A DNA stretch of 64,000 nucleotides from Dehalococcoidia bacterium (GCA_965116605.1 OZ220697.1:10956-74955), one strand, 5' to 3'; shown: positions 19,263 through 29,251, counted from the first letter of the stretch. Program-made: numbers and translations. Notes: a model not told the origin generated them from the letters alone.

Positions 19263-21074
19263 ATGAGGAACTCGCTGAAGATGTCGATGGTGGCGCTGGC
19301 CGTCCTTGCGGCCGTGGCCGCAGTTGTCGCCTGCGCGGGCGATACCGAGGTCGTGGAGAAGATAGTTGAGGTTCCGGTGGTAGAGGAAAAGGTCGTCGAA
19401 GTGGAGGTAGAGAGGGTGGTGGAAATCGAGACCGAGAGGATCGTCGAGGTTCCGGTAGTAGTGGAAAAGGTTGTTGAGGCTGGGGTGGTAGAGGAAAGGA
19501 TCGTCGAGGTGGAGATCGAGAGGATCACGGTTGCTACGCCGACTGCCAATGAGGCGTACGGCGTGGAGACCGAGAAGATCACGGTGGCCACTTCGCAATC
19601 CGGGCCAGAGGCGAGCCCGAGGTACGGTCCCCGTGACCGGCGGGACCCCGGCAGGCGATATGCTCGCGCCGGTGCGGACAGGTCCGGCGAGCCGTACGAT
19701 GCCACCTTCTTCAGGGACTACGGCGTCAACCCGTTCGTGGACACCTACAGGGACAACATGTCGACCTTTGCGGTGGATGTCGACACTGCCTCTTACACCG
19801 TGGCCCGCAGGTTCATCTCGGACGGCTTCCTGCCTGACCCGGATTCCGTACGAGTAGAGGAGTTCGTCAACTACTTCGACCAGGGCTACACGCCCCCTGC
19901 AAACCAGGCCTTTTCGATACACGTCGACGGTGCGCCATCCCCCTTCGGCGACCCGGGACACTGGCTGCTGAGGGTCGGTCTAAAGGGCATGGAGATCTCA
20001 AGGAGCGAACGAAAGGACGCCACCTTGGTGTTCGTCATCGACGTTTCCGGCTCGATGAACAGGGAGGACCGCCTCGGGCTGGTAAAGGAGTCTCTGAGGG
20101 TGCTGGTCGACGAACTGCGCGTTTCCGACAAGGTCGGAATCGTCACGTACGGAACCAGTGCGAGGGTAGTGATGGAGCCGACGTCGACCCGAAGCCGCAG
20201 AGCCATCCTCAGGGCGATCGACTCGCTGGCTGCGGGAGGTTCAACCAACGCGGATGCAGGACTGACCCTGGGGTACCGGATGGCCTTTGAGCACCTTGAC
20301 CAGGACAGGACGACGAGAGTGATCCTGCTGTCGGACGGGGTGGCCAACGTCGGCCTTACATCTCCGGAGGGCATACTCGGGAGAATCTCGGATGGCGTGA
20401 GTGAGGGCATCGACCTTACGACCGTCGGAGTCGGCATGGGCAACTACAACGACGTGCTGTTGGAGCAGTTGGCCGACAGGGGGAACGGAAGCTATCACTA
20501 CGTAGACAGGCTCTACGATGCCAGACGAGTGTTTTCCGAGTCGCTTACGGGCACTCTGGAGGTAATCGCCAGGGATGCGAAGATCCAGGTCGAGTTCAAT
20601 CCCGAGGTTGTGGCGGCCTACCGTCTGATCGGCTATGAGAACCGGGAAGTGGCCGACAGGGACTTTCGCAACGACTACGTCGACGCCGGAGAGGTTGGAG
20701 CAGGACACGACGTCACGGCGCTCTACGAGATTGAGCTGCATGACCGCGCCCGCGGCCCGGTAGGCACCGTTTGGGTCCGCTACAAGGATCCGGACAGCAA
20801 CCGAGCCGTGGAGATCGACCACGAGTTCTTCCGCAGGGAGTTGGCCGATCGCTTCGAGGATGCGGATCCAAGTTTCCAGCTTGCGGCGGTGGTGGCCGAG
20901 TACGCCGAGGTGCTGAGGCACAGCTACTGGGCGAGGCCTGGCAGCCTGAGAGAGGTGGTGGATGCGGCGGAACGCGTGGAGCGGCAACTGCCATACAACG
21001 CGGATGTGGCCGAGTTCGTCGACCTCGCATCCCGGGCCTACGCCATAGAGTCGGGCGATTCCCGGTACAGGTAG
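19263..21074 (+). CDS. YfbK-like von Willebrand factor A lipoprotein (DUF3520 C-terminus)
   Basis: Lipobox VVAC, STFAVDVDTASY, RVEEFVNYF, DVSGSM MIDAS, LLSDG, YRLIGYENR, DAGEVGAGH; SD GGAGG. Confidence 0.92.
   Translation: MRNSLKMSMVALAVLAAVAAVVACAGDTEVVEKIVEVPVVEEKVVEVEVERVVEIETERIVEVPVVVEKVVEAGVVEERIVEVEIERITVATPTANEAYGVETEKITVATSQSGPEASPRYGPRDRRDPGRRYARAGADRSGEPYDATFFRDYGVNPFVDTYRDNMSTFAVDVDTASYTVARRFISDGFLPDPDSVRVEEFVNYFDQGYTPPANQAFSIHVDGAPSPFGDPGHWLLRVGLKGMEISRSERKDATLVFVIDVSGSMNREDRLGLVKESLRVLVDELRVSDKVGIVTYGTSARVVMEPTSTRSRRAILRAIDSLAAGGSTNADAGLTLGYRMAFEHLDQDRTTRVILLSDGVANVGLTSPEGILGRISDGVSEGIDLTTVGVGMGNYNDVLLEQLADRGNGSYHYVDRLYDARRVFSESLTGTLEVIARDAKIQVEFNPEVVAAYRLIGYENREVADRDFRNDYVDAGEVGAGHDVTALYEIELHDRARGPVGTVWVRYKDPDSNRAVEIDHEFFRRELADRFEDADPSFQLAAVVAEYAEVLRHSYWARPGSLREVVDAAERVERQLPYNADVAEFVDLASRAYAIESGDSRYR
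19344..19595 (+). repeat. Val/Glu/Lys/Pro low-complexity coding repeats (EKIVEVPVV-type)
   Basis: VVEKIVEVPVVEEKVVEVEVERVVEIETERIVEVPVVVEKVVE..., then ERITVAT/EKITVAT. Confidence 0.85.
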
Positions 21075-21118
21075 GGGTACGGCCAGGCGCTCAGGTGCCG
21101 GATTAGCCGGTGCATGTG

Positions 21119-21151
21119 GGGGCGGGTGCGGCCGCGGTGCCGCCCCGCCCC
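21119..21151. terminator. GC-rich hairpin between convergent units
   Basis: GGGGCGGG(T)GCGGC-loop-GCCGCCCCGCCCC; no U tract. Confidence 0.45.
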
Positions 21152-21159
21152 TGCGTCTG

Positions 21160-21315
21160 TCAAGCTAGCGGTGGCAGGGCCTTCGGCCCCTCAGGCTCCG
21201 CCATGCTCCGGTCCATCCCGCCCACCTTGCCGTCCTCCACCAGCAGGTTGCCCATCCAGTCCACGCCCTGCGATGGGTCGACGATCCTGGCGCCTCTTAT
21301 GAGCGTCCGTCCCAC
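21160..21315 (-). pseudogene. N-terminal remnant of a dihydroorotase (PyrC)-like amidohydrolase
   Basis: VGRTLIRGARIVDPSQGVDWMGNLLVEDGKV..., stops after 51 aa, before the PG.ID.H.H motif; absent from the ORF track. Confidence 0.65.
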
Positions 21316-21316
21316 T

Positions 21317-21727
21317 TCATCCGTTCCCCTGCGCCAGCGAGAGGATGGGTCCCACGTAGGGGTGCAGCGGCGTCGCCGTCGTCCCGTCCCACCAGGCGAA
21401 CTCGCAGTGCTCGTCGCTCAGCGTTACCTGTCCCGTCGCGTCCACCTGAAACACGCTGTGCACCTGTCCCCAGTGGTCAATGCCCTGGTCGCCGAAGAAC
21501 TCGCAGTAGTCGAACAGGTAGTCCGTCCGTCGCGCCGCCAGCCCCGTCTCCTCGCGCAGCTCCCTGGTCGCCGCCGCCGAAGGAGGCTCGCGGTCCTGCA
21601 CTCCCCCGCCCGGCAGGCCGAACAGGTCGTCATCAGGCTCTCGCACGAGCAGCAGCCTCCCGTCCCGCGCCACCAGCGCCGTCGCCCTGCGACGGATCCT
21701 CCGCTCCCTGCGCGGGCCCGCACCCAT
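21317..21727 (-). CDS. NUDIX hydrolase
   Basis: Nudix box GGGVQDREPPSAAATRELREETGL, SDEHCEFAW. Confidence 0.88.
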   Translation of the reverse strand: MGAGPRRERRIRRRATALVARDGRLLLVREPDDDLFGLPGGGVQDREPPSAAATRELREETGLAARRTDYLFDYCEFFGDQGIDHWGQVHSVFQVDATGQVTLSDEHCEFAWWDGTTATPLHPYVGPILSLAQGNG

Positions 21728-21758
21728 GCTCACCCAAGCTCCCGGGGCGCCATCGCCT

Positions 21759-21820
21759 GGCCATACGGTAGCGCCACCCCGTTCGTCACCTGCTGCTCCA
21801 TCGCCGACGCCTGCGGATCT
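21759..21820 (-). pseudogene. Frameshifted C-terminal remnant of aspartate carbamoyltransferase (PyrB)
   Basis: DPQASAMEQQVTNGVAL, one extra base, then RMA; resembles the PyrB tail EQVTNGVAVRMA. Confidence 0.55.
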
Positions 21821-21837
21821 GACGGCTTGGCGGTCGG

Positions 21838-22599
21838 CTAGGTAGAGGCCTGCCGCGCCTTTTCCAGCGCCTTGAGCCGGTTGCGGGTTCCGAGCTTGGC
21901 AAGCCATACGCCCGCCTCGTACAGAACCATGATCGGTACGGCAACCAGGGTCTGGTTGATCGGATCAAATGTCGGCGTGATGATGGCCCCGAGCAGGAAT
22001 GCCACCACCAGCGCGTATCGACGCCGTTTGGCCAGCCACTCGGAGGTGACGACCCCGATGCGAGACAGGAAAAACAGCACTATAGGTGTCTCGAAGACCA
22101 GACCCATCCAGAACAGCAGCGACAGCATCAGGTTCACGTAGGTACCTATGCGAGGCATCGGAGTGGCGATGTCGCTGCCGAACTCGAGCAGGAAGTTGAC
22201 CGCCGGCGGGAAGAGGATCCGGTAGCCGAACGCTGCGCCGGCCAGAAACACTATGAGGCTCATCGGCAGGAGGAGGAAGAGGTAGCGTCTCTCCGTCGGA
22301 TTCAGTCCGGGCGCAACGAACATCACCAGCTGGAAGAGCACGAACGGCAGTGACGCCGCGATGCCCACCAGCAGGGAGGTCTTCATCGCCACTCCGATGA
22401 ATTCGGTCAGATCCAGGTAGATGGGCTTGCCCTCGGGCACATTGGCAAAGCCCTGAGCAGGCTCCATCAGGAGCGTCAGAATCTGCTCGTGAAAGTAGAA
22501 CGCGGCCCCGGTGGTTATGAACACCGCCGCCGCTGACCACACGAGACGCCGGCGCAGCTCCGCGATGTGATCGCGGGTCGGCATGCTGCGATCCTTCAC
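21838..22599 (-). CDS. tatC: Twin-arginine translocase subunit TatC
   Basis: HIAELRRRL, FVAPGL, GLVFETP, AIITPTFDP, LYE. Confidence 0.96.
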   Translation of the reverse strand: MKDRSMPTRDHIAELRRRLVWSAAAVFITTGAAFYFHEQILTLLMEPAQGFANVPEGKPIYLDLTEFIGVAMKTSLLVGIAASLPFVLFQLVMFVAPGLNPTERRYLFLLLPMSLIVFLAGAAFGYRILFPPAVNFLLEFGSDIATPMPRIGTYVNLMLSLLFWMGLVFETPIVLFFLSRIGVVTSEWLAKRRRYALVVAFLLGAIITPTFDPINQTLVAVPIMVLYEAGVWLAKLGTRNRLKALEKARQAST

Positions 22600-22976
22600 C
22601 GGCTCGTCCCGTCCGGTCCCGCGTCGCCGCTGTCGCCGTCGGTCTCCTGCCCTCCTCCATCCTCCCCGGCGTCAGATGAGACGTGGAGACGGCTGGCCCT
22701 CCACGCCCGGAAGTCGACCGGTCCCTCGTGCAGTTGGCTGTCGGCAATCTCACCCTGCTGCTCGCTCTTACCTTCCTGTTCGGTCCGGGACTTCGGGTCG
22801 TCTTCCGGCTCTTCGATCGTAAGGGTCTCCCGCAGGCCGGAGTTCATCCTTCGCAGGTCGCCCACAAGGCGGCCAGCCTTCCTGCTCATCTCCATCATCC
22901 GCTCCGGTCCCAGGACGATGAAGGCGATGAAGAACACCACCAGGAGCTCAAGAAAGCCCATGCCAAGGATGTTCAT
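22596..22976 (-). CDS. tatB: Twin-arginine translocase subunit TatB
   Basis: MGFLELLVVFFIAFIVLGPERM, acidic tail; 4-nt overlaps with maf and tatC. Confidence 0.85.
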   Translation of the reverse strand: MNILGMGFLELLVVFFIAFIVLGPERMMEMSRKAGRLVGDLRRMNSGLRETLTIEEPEDDPKSRTEQEGKSEQQGEIADSQLHEGPVDFRAWRASRLHVSSDAGEDGGGQETDGDSGDAGPDGTSR

Positions 22977-23653
22977 GTCGCCGCCACCCTGTCCTTTAGT
23001 CCAGCGGTGGACGGGCAGGAGGCACACTCGCCCGGCAGGAGCATGCGATCGAGTCCGGGTCCCGCATCGGCTACCAGTCTCGACAGCCCGCACAGCGGGA
23101 GTCCGACCACGTTCAGGTAACATCCGCGAACTTGCTCGGCAGGCGCAAAGCGGATGTCCTGGACCGCATACCCTCCCGCCTTGTCGAAGGGCTCGCCCGA
23201 GGCTATGTAGGCTTCAATCTCCTCGCCGCTGTAGCGCCGCATGCGGACGATTGATGTCTCGTGCCCCACCAGCAGCTCCGCCAGCCATGGCGACGCCACC
23301 GCCAGCCCGGTCGTGACCGAGTGATCCAGACCCCTCAGGGCAGTCAGCATGCCCCTGGCCTCGTCCGCGCTCGATGGCTTGCCCATGATCACGCCGCTCA
23401 GTTCAACGACCGTGTCCGCTGCTATGACGAGGCCCGCGGCCGATTCATCGGCCACGGCCCGGCACTTGGCGGCGGCGATGCGAACGGCATAGTTTGCGGG
23501 CGTCTCCCCTGCCTCGGGGCTATCTTCTTCGATACCCGATGCGGACACCCTGAGCCGTCCCGTCCAGGAGCCGGAAAGGATCTGCCGGCGTCTGGGAGAG
23601 GCCGATGCGAGGATCAGTAGCGGATCGCCGCCGCCTGCGAATTGGCCGTTCAC
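22973..23653 (-). CDS. maf: Maf-family nucleoside triphosphate pyrophosphatase
   Basis: LILASASPRRRQIL, AADTVV, MGKP, DKAGGYAVQ, NVVGLP. Confidence 0.94.
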   Translation of the reverse strand: MNGQFAGGGDPLLILASASPRRRQILSGSWTGRLRVSASGIEEDSPEAGETPANYAVRIAAAKCRAVADESAAGLVIAADTVVELSGVIMGKPSSADEARGMLTALRGLDHSVTTGLAVASPWLAELLVGHETSIVRMRRYSGEEIEAYIASGEPFDKAGGYAVQDIRFAPAEQVRGCYLNVVGLPLCGLSRLVADAGPGLDRMLLPGECASCPSTAGLKDRVAAT

Positions 23654-23718
23654 AGCGTCCATTGTAACCAAGGCGGTCGCCGCCGGAGGGTGAAGATCCG
23701 GGCCGGGACCGGGGGCCC

Positions 23719-24951
23719 TCAGCGATCTTCCCACCGCAGCGTTGCCACGCATTCGACGTGGTGTGTCTGGGGGAACATATCCAGCGGGTCGACGTTTGTG
23801 ACCCTGTATCCGCCCGATACGAGCATTGCCAGATCCCGGGCCATGGAGATCGGCTCGCACGAGACATATGCCACGCGATCAGCCCTGATCTCTATGACCG
23901 CGCCGATGGCGTCCGGATGACATCCCATGCGCGGCGGGTCGAGGATAACCGCGTCGGGCGAGCATTCGAGGCTTGAGAGGACGTCTTCGGTCTTGGATTC
24001 GACGAATTCGACGTTCCCTAGTCCCCCAATGTTGACGGCCGCATCCCTCACCGCGGCGGTGGATTCCTCGATGGCGATCACCCTCTTGGCATGAGCGGCA
24101 ACGAGCGCTGCAAAGGTGCCCACACCGGCGTATGCGTCGACCACGGTCTCCGAGCCCGCGAGCTCAAGTCGGCGCAGCAGCAAGGCGCCCAGGGCCTCTG
24201 CCTGCCCGGTGTTGACCTGGAAGAACGAGGGTGAAGCGATGCGGAACGTCCTGCCGAATAGACGCTCCCGGTAGTGCGTCTGACCTGTGGGCATGGGTAT
24301 GCTCTCGCTCTTCATGGCCGGCTGAACCAGCCATTCGCCTGAGCCGATGCCGTAGCGCACCGAGAGCTGCGAGGTCTCGCCAACGTTCCCCTGGAGGCGG
24401 TCGAGGATGCCGTTTATACCCTCGTGCATCAACAGGCAGCGCTCTACGTCGACGAATCGCCTGGTGATCCGGTTGGTAAACCCGAGGCGTCCCTGCCGGC
24501 GGACCGTGAACCTGGCATGGTTGCGGTAACCGAGCTGTTCGGGACCCGGGATCGTTTCGGCGACCTCTATGCCGTCGAGCTCGGGGTGTGGAGCCAGGGC
24601 CGCGCGCACCGAATCGGCCTTCAGAGCCAGCTGGTGTCCGTAGGCGATGTGCTGCCACTGGCATCCGCTGCACGGCCCGTAGTAGGGGCACGGTGGTGCG
24701 ACCCTGTGCGGCGAGGCGCTGATAACCGTGACGACGGCTGCGGCCACGATCTTCCGTTTGCGTTTCTGGTGGCGGTGGACGCGGGCGACGACCCGCTCGC
24801 CAGGTATGCCTCCGAAGACCTCGATCGTGCCATCCTCGAATTCGGCGGTCGTATCTCCGGATGGGGCGATGTCGCCCAGAACCAGTTCGACCAGTTCGTC
24901 CCCGGTATCCGGCGTGGCGGCCGGCACGCCGGCTTTCTCTTGTGTCATCAA
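23719..24951 (-). CDS. rlmD: 23S rRNA (uracil-C5)-methyltransferase RlmD/TrmA family
   Basis: TRAM domain, CPYYGPCSGCQWQH Fe-S motif, SFFQVN, DPPRMG, YVSC, DMFPQTHHVE. Confidence 0.92.
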   Translation of the reverse strand: MMTQEKAGVPAATPDTGDELVELVLGDIAPSGDTTAEFEDGTIEVFGGIPGERVVARVHRHQKRKRKIVAAAVVTVISASPHRVAPPCPYYGPCSGCQWQHIAYGHQLALKADSVRAALAPHPELDGIEVAETIPGPEQLGYRNHARFTVRRQGRLGFTNRITRRFVDVERCLLMHEGINGILDRLQGNVGETSQLSVRYGIGSGEWLVQPAMKSESIPMPTGQTHYRERLFGRTFRIASPSFFQVNTGQAEALGALLLRRLELAGSETVVDAYAGVGTFAALVAAHAKRVIAIEESTAAVRDAAVNIGGLGNVEFVESKTEDVLSSLECSPDAVILDPPRMGCHPDAIGAVIEIRADRVAYVSCEPISMARDLAMLVSGGYRVTNVDPLDMFPQTHHVECVATLRWEDR

Positions 24952-25040
24952 ATTGCCCGCAAATTCGAACTCCGGTCAGGCCAATATAGCACCGGGGCGC
25001 GGCACGGAGGCGTCGATGGCGCCTCTGGTAACATGGCGCG

Positions 25041-25925
25041 GTGATCGAACGAGCTCCTCCGAGGCCCCGAAGGCGGCTCCCCGATTGGCTGAAGGTAAAG
25101 GCGCCCGGTGGCCCGAACTACCTGCGGTTGCGCAGCCTGCTTCGGGCCGAGGCACTCAACACGGTATGTGAAGAGGCGCACTGCCCCAACATCGGAGAGT
25201 GTTGGGACCTGGGCACGGCCACGTTCATGATCCTGGGCGACATATGCACACGTGCATGCACCTACTGCGCGGTTACGTCCGGCAGGCCACTGCCCGTCGA
25301 TCCTGCTGAGCCCATCCGTCTGGCCTCGAGCGTAGAGCGGATGGGCCTGAGGTATGCGGTGATCACTTCGGTGGACAGGGACGACTTGCCCGACGCGGGG
25401 GCGTCAATGTTCGCAGAGTGCATACGCCAGATCCGGAAACGCGTTCCGGGCTGCCGGATCGAGGTCCTGATTCCCGACTTCGGTGGGATGCGTGAGTCCC
25501 TTAAGGCCGTGATGGATGCCGGACCCGACACGCTCAACCACAACATCGAGACGGTCAGGCGGGTGTTCCCGCGGGTCCGCGCTAGGGGTGACTACGATCT
25601 ATCCCTGGAACTGATCGCCCGGGCGGGGGCGATGAGGCCGGAAGTTCCCACAAAGTCCGGCATGATGGTCGGCCTAGGCGAGACCTACTCAGAGGTCATC
25701 GAGACGATGAGAGATCTTCGTTCGGTCGACTGCAACCTGCTAACGATCGGCCAGTACCTCAGGCCGTCTCAGAAGCATGCGCCGATGACGCGGTGGTGGA
25801 CTCCGCAGGAGTTCGATGAGCTTCGCGAGGAGGGGCTGAGCATGGGCTTTCGGCACGTCGCCTCCGGACCCCTGGTGCGCAGTTCTTACCACGCGGGCGA
25901 ACAGCACGCCGCCGCGACCTCGTAG
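25041..25925 (+). CDS. lipA: Lipoyl synthase
   Basis: CEEAHCPNIGEC, CTRACTYC, NHNIETV, GQYLRPS, RSSY. Confidence 0.97.
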   Translation: MIERAPPRPRRRLPDWLKVKAPGGPNYLRLRSLLRAEALNTVCEEAHCPNIGECWDLGTATFMILGDICTRACTYCAVTSGRPLPVDPAEPIRLASSVERMGLRYAVITSVDRDDLPDAGASMFAECIRQIRKRVPGCRIEVLIPDFGGMRESLKAVMDAGPDTLNHNIETVRRVFPRVRARGDYDLSLELIARAGAMRPEVPTKSGMMVGLGETYSEVIETMRDLRSVDCNLLTIGQYLRPSQKHAPMTRWWTPQEFDELREEGLSMGFRHVASGPLVRSSYHAGEQHAAATS

Positions 25926-26027
25926 CCGCGTCAGTTCCGGCAGCACCTCTCGGGGGAAGATTTATCCGTCCCCGCTATGTCCCGGCCTCCGCGGTCCCTG
26001 ACGGCAGGCGATCAGGACCGATGGGGA

Positions 26028-26240
26028 CTAGCGGGCTCGGTCCGGTGGTCTGAGGGCTCTTGACTCGTTCTCGGTCGGGGGTCTGCGGCGCGCGTCCTCG
26101 GACTCTGCCTGGCCCCTGGTGAACTCCCACATGGCCCTGCCCAATGTGCCACTAATGTAAGGCAGCTTGGCTATCCCGAAGATCATCACTGCGATGATCA
26201 GGACGATGATGATCTCTGTTGGTCCAACCGAAAATGGCAA
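26028..26240 (-). CDS. tatA: TatA/E-family subunit, divergent paralog
   Basis: GPTEIIIVLIIAVMIFG.AKLP..LGRA..EF; TTG start with SD AAGGAG. Confidence 0.8.
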   Translation of the reverse strand: MPFSVGPTEIIIVLIIAVMIFGIAKLPYISGTLGRAMWEFTRGQAESEDARRRPPTENESRALRPPDRAR

Positions 26241-26534
26241 CCGACTCTCCTTATCCCTGTCCGCCGCCAGCCGGGCTGTTCGGCGCGTGAACTATTGGCG
26301 GCCGGATAACTCTCCTGGCACTAGCCATTGACTCCCGCGCGGGCGGTCTGTCTAGAACGATCACATTAACCCTAGGCTACGGGAAACGCCTGCCGAACAT
26401 AGCCGTATTGCGCTGTTGTGGCTAGTAGCGTCTGAGGGGCTTGCATCTGCGTCCCCATAGAGACGCTCGCCGGCAGCGTGCGGGCTTCACGCGGGCAACG
26501 AACCGCCGCCTTGCCAAGCGGGACTTAGCCCCGC

Positions 26535-27641
26535 CTAGCCAACAAAGAGCCTTCCCTTCTCGGTCTCCCATCCAATCTTCACCTCGCTGCCAACGTCAAG
26601 CTGGTCAGCGTAGAACTGCTCGGCCGGGATCACGGTTCGGAATTCCTCGTCCCCGACGTCACCGCTAACGAGCACCACGAGGTCTACCTGGTCCCCGTAG
26701 TAGAGCAGTTGGCCGATCCGGCCCTGCCACACCTGGCCCTCCTCGCCGTTGAGCCCGCTGCCCACCTTGACGTCTGTGGCGCGCACCCAGACCGTGGCCG
26801 CGTCGCCCGGAGAGATGGCCTCATCCGACTGGACCGTCACAAGGCTCCCTCCCAGGCACTTTACGAGAACCGAGCCGTTAGTGCGCTCCACGCACTGTCC
26901 GGAAACCGAATTGCCCACACCGACAAAGTCGGCTACGAACTGGTTTATCGGGCTTTCGAAAATGTCCCTCGGGGTGCCCTCCTGTTGGACTTCGCCATCG
27001 TTCATCAGGACGATGCGATCCGACAGGCTGATCGCCTCTTCCTGGTCATGTGTGACGAATATGAAGGAGACGCCCAGTTCATGCTGAATGCGCTTGAGCT
27101 CGAATCGCATCTCCTTTCGGAGCTTCGCATCGAGGGCGCCCAGCGGCTCGTCGAGTAGGAGCACCGCAGGCTCGTTGATCAGGGCCCTGGCAAGGGCCAC
27201 CCTCTGTTGCTGACCTCCGCTGAGCTCGTTGGGCCGACGATCTTCCAGACCCTCTAGCTGTACCAGGGTCAGCATTCGGTCGGCCTTTTCCCTCTGGATA
27301 TCCCTCGGAACCTTCCTGTTCTTGAGTCCGAAGACGATGTTGCTGAAGACCGACAGGTGGGGGAAGAGCGCATAGCTCTGGAACACCATGTTCGTCGGCC
27401 TCTTGAACGCGGGCACTCGTGTAACGTCACTCCCCTGGATGTAGATGACGCCACTCGTGGGCTCCTCAAGGCCGCCGATCATCCGAAGGGTCGTCGTCTT
27501 ACCGCAGCCGCTGGGGCCCAGGAGGGTGATGAATTCTCCCCTCTCAACGCTGAGGAAGATATTGTCGACGGCAGTTACCGGACCGTACTGCTTAGTGACG
27601 CCTTCTAGCCTCAGCTGCTCCACTTGGCTTGCCCCTCGCAT
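26535..27641 (-). CDS. ABC transporter ATP-binding protein, PotA-like
   Basis: GPSGCGKTT, VFQSYALFPH, LSGGQQQRVALAR, DEPLGALD, TOBE tail. Confidence 0.93.
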   Translation of the reverse strand: MRGASQVEQLRLEGVTKQYGPVTAVDNIFLSVERGEFITLLGPSGCGKTTTLRMIGGLEEPTSGVIYIQGSDVTRVPAFKRPTNMVFQSYALFPHLSVFSNIVFGLKNRKVPRDIQREKADRMLTLVQLEGLEDRRPNELSGGQQQRVALARALINEPAVLLLDEPLGALDAKLRKEMRFELKRIQHELGVSFIFVTHDQEEAISLSDRIVLMNDGEVQQEGTPRDIFESPINQFVADFVGVGNSVSGQCVERTNGSVLVKCLGGSLVTVQSDEAISPGDAATVWVRATDVKVGSGLNGEEGQVWQGRIGQLLYYGDQVDLVVLVSGDVGDEEFRTVIPAEQFYADQLDVGSEVKIGWETEKGRLFVG

Positions 27642-27723
27642 GAGCGCATGGCTTTTCTATTGATCCCGCGCGTGCAGCACAGGACGACGTGACGCGCATG
27701 CCGCCCGCCGTCCACTGGCCGCG

Positions 27724-27752
27724 ACTCTAGGCCTCTTTCGTCTGACTGTCAA
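27724..27752 (-). promoter_or_regulatory. Sigma70-type promoter for the ABC ATPase gene
   Basis: TTGACA-N17-TAGAGT on the minus strand. Confidence 0.65.
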
Positions 27753-28006
27753 TCTAGTGACCCTGTTCACAAGTAAGGGCGCCATGATCGGTGCCACTGG
27801 AGGCGATGATCTCTGTAACAGGGTTTGATACTTCGTCACTCCCGCAGGTGTCGGGTACGGAGGCAGAGAAGAGTCAAAGAGACCGTTGACGAGCTAAGGC
27901 AGCGCTCTTCGTAGCGTCCACCAGGGTGTGGCGAAACCGTCTTCAAGCCCCCCGCGCGGCGCAGGTAAAGTGGTCCCAGCGTGCAGCAGGCGACAGCTGG
28001 GGGCGA

Positions 28007-29251
28007 CTACCTGCCGGCCAGCCCCGCAACGTCTCCGGGTACCGGGCGGTGCTGCGTGTTCGGCGTGCCATCACCCAACTGCCCGGAACTGCCGATTCCC
28101 CAGCATTTGAGAGCTCCTGCGGAGGTGGTCGCGCAGTTGTGTGAAAGCCCGGTAGATATTGAGTTCACACCGCCGGAGAGGCCCTCAACATACACGGGCG
28201 CACTGCTCGGCAGGGTCTTCCCGTTCCCGAGCTGGCCCACACCATTGAATCCCCAGCACTTCACTGCGCCTGACGCGGTTAGGGCGCACGTATGCATCCG
28301 TCCAGTTGAAACCGCCTTGGCGCCTTCCGTCAGGCTGTCCACAGCCGTGGGCGTGCTGCGGTCGGTCACCGTTCCGTCCCCTATCTGGCCGCCGTTGTTC
28401 CATCCCCAGCACTTAACTGTGGCGTCGGACGTAACGGCGCAGGTGTGTTTCCAGCCCGCCGAGATTGACAACACTCCCTCGCTGAGACCGGATACTTCGA
28501 CCGGTGTGCCACTATCGGTCTTGGTCCCGTCGCCCAGCTGCCCTTCCCTGTTGTAGCCCCAGCACTTTACCCCGCCCGAGGCTGTGAGCGCGCACGTGTG
28601 CAGCGTGCCTGAGGAGACTGCGATCACCCCGGTGGTCAGGCCGTCGACGAATTCGGCGGTCTTGATGTCCCTGGCCATGCCGGTGCCGAGAGCCCGCTCC
28701 TGGACCGACAGCGGACCCAGGAGCATGCGCCCCCAGCATTTGACGCCGCCCGAGGCTGTGAGAGCGCATGTGTGGATGGTGCCGGTGGAGATGGCGACCA
28801 CGCCCCCGGTAAGGCCGACGGCGTCTACCGGAGTGGACCGGTCAGTCGTGGTACCGTCGCCGAGTTGGCCGTTGCCGTTCTCTCCCCAGCACTTTACCCC
28901 GCCGGCGTCGGTCAGGGCACATGTGTGCAGTTCGCCGGCGGAGACGGCGACCACGCCACTGGCCAGACCCGCAACATTCACCGGTGAAGTACGTCGCTTT
29001 ACCAGAGTGCCATCCCCGAGTTGGCCGTTGCCGTTGGCTCCCCAGCACACCACCCCGCCCTCGGTTGTAAGGGCGCAGGTATGGAAGGTGCCGGCTGATA
29101 CGGCCGCAGCCGAGCCATGGCTGGGACCCTGGCATGCGGTGGCGAGGACAATCGCCGCCAGGAGGGCAGGCAGCCCAACGGAAATGATTGCTACCGCCGC
29201 GACGGCTGGGAGAACTCGCCGTCCTGACGAGCCCTCCGCGTCCGGTCGTAT
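28007..29251 (-). CDS. RCC1/BLIP-II-type seven-bladed beta-propeller lipoprotein
   Basis: Seven repeats of SAG..HTCALT..GGVKCWG.N..GQLGDG after a hydrophobic stretch ending LATAC; start uncertain (ATA at 29251 assumed). Confidence 0.85.
   Translation of the reverse strand: MRPDAEGSSGRRVLPAVAAVAIISVGLPALLAAIVLATACQGPSHGSAAAVSAGTFHTCALTTEGGVVCWGANGNGQLGDGTLVKRRTSPVNVAGLASGVVAVSAGELHTCALTDAGGVKCWGENGNGQLGDGTTTDRSTPVDAVGLTGGVVAISTGTIHTCALTASGGVKCWGRMLLGPLSVQERALGTGMARDIKTAEFVDGLTTGVIAVSSGTLHTCALTASGGVKCWGYNREGQLGDGTKTDSGTPVEVSGLSEGVLSISAGWKHTCAVTSDATVKCWGWNNGGQIGDGTVTDRSTPTAVDSLTEGAKAVSTGRMHTCALTASGAVKCWGFNGVGQLGNGKTLPSSAPVYVEGLSGGVNSISTGLSHNCATTSAGALKCWGIGSSGQLGDGTPNTQHRPVPGDVAGLAGR

Noticed and set aside
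19131-19961. Apparent N-terminal extension of RecQ in the 938-aa ORF, including His/Leu repeats
   Set aside because: It is the antisense reading of the VWA gene repeats; a -10 and LexA box place the start at 19130
28007-29110. Regularly spaced CCCCAGCAC-type repeats resembling a CRISPR array
   Set aside because: They encode the CWG motif of RCC1 repeats at about 150-nt period; no cas genes or unique spacers
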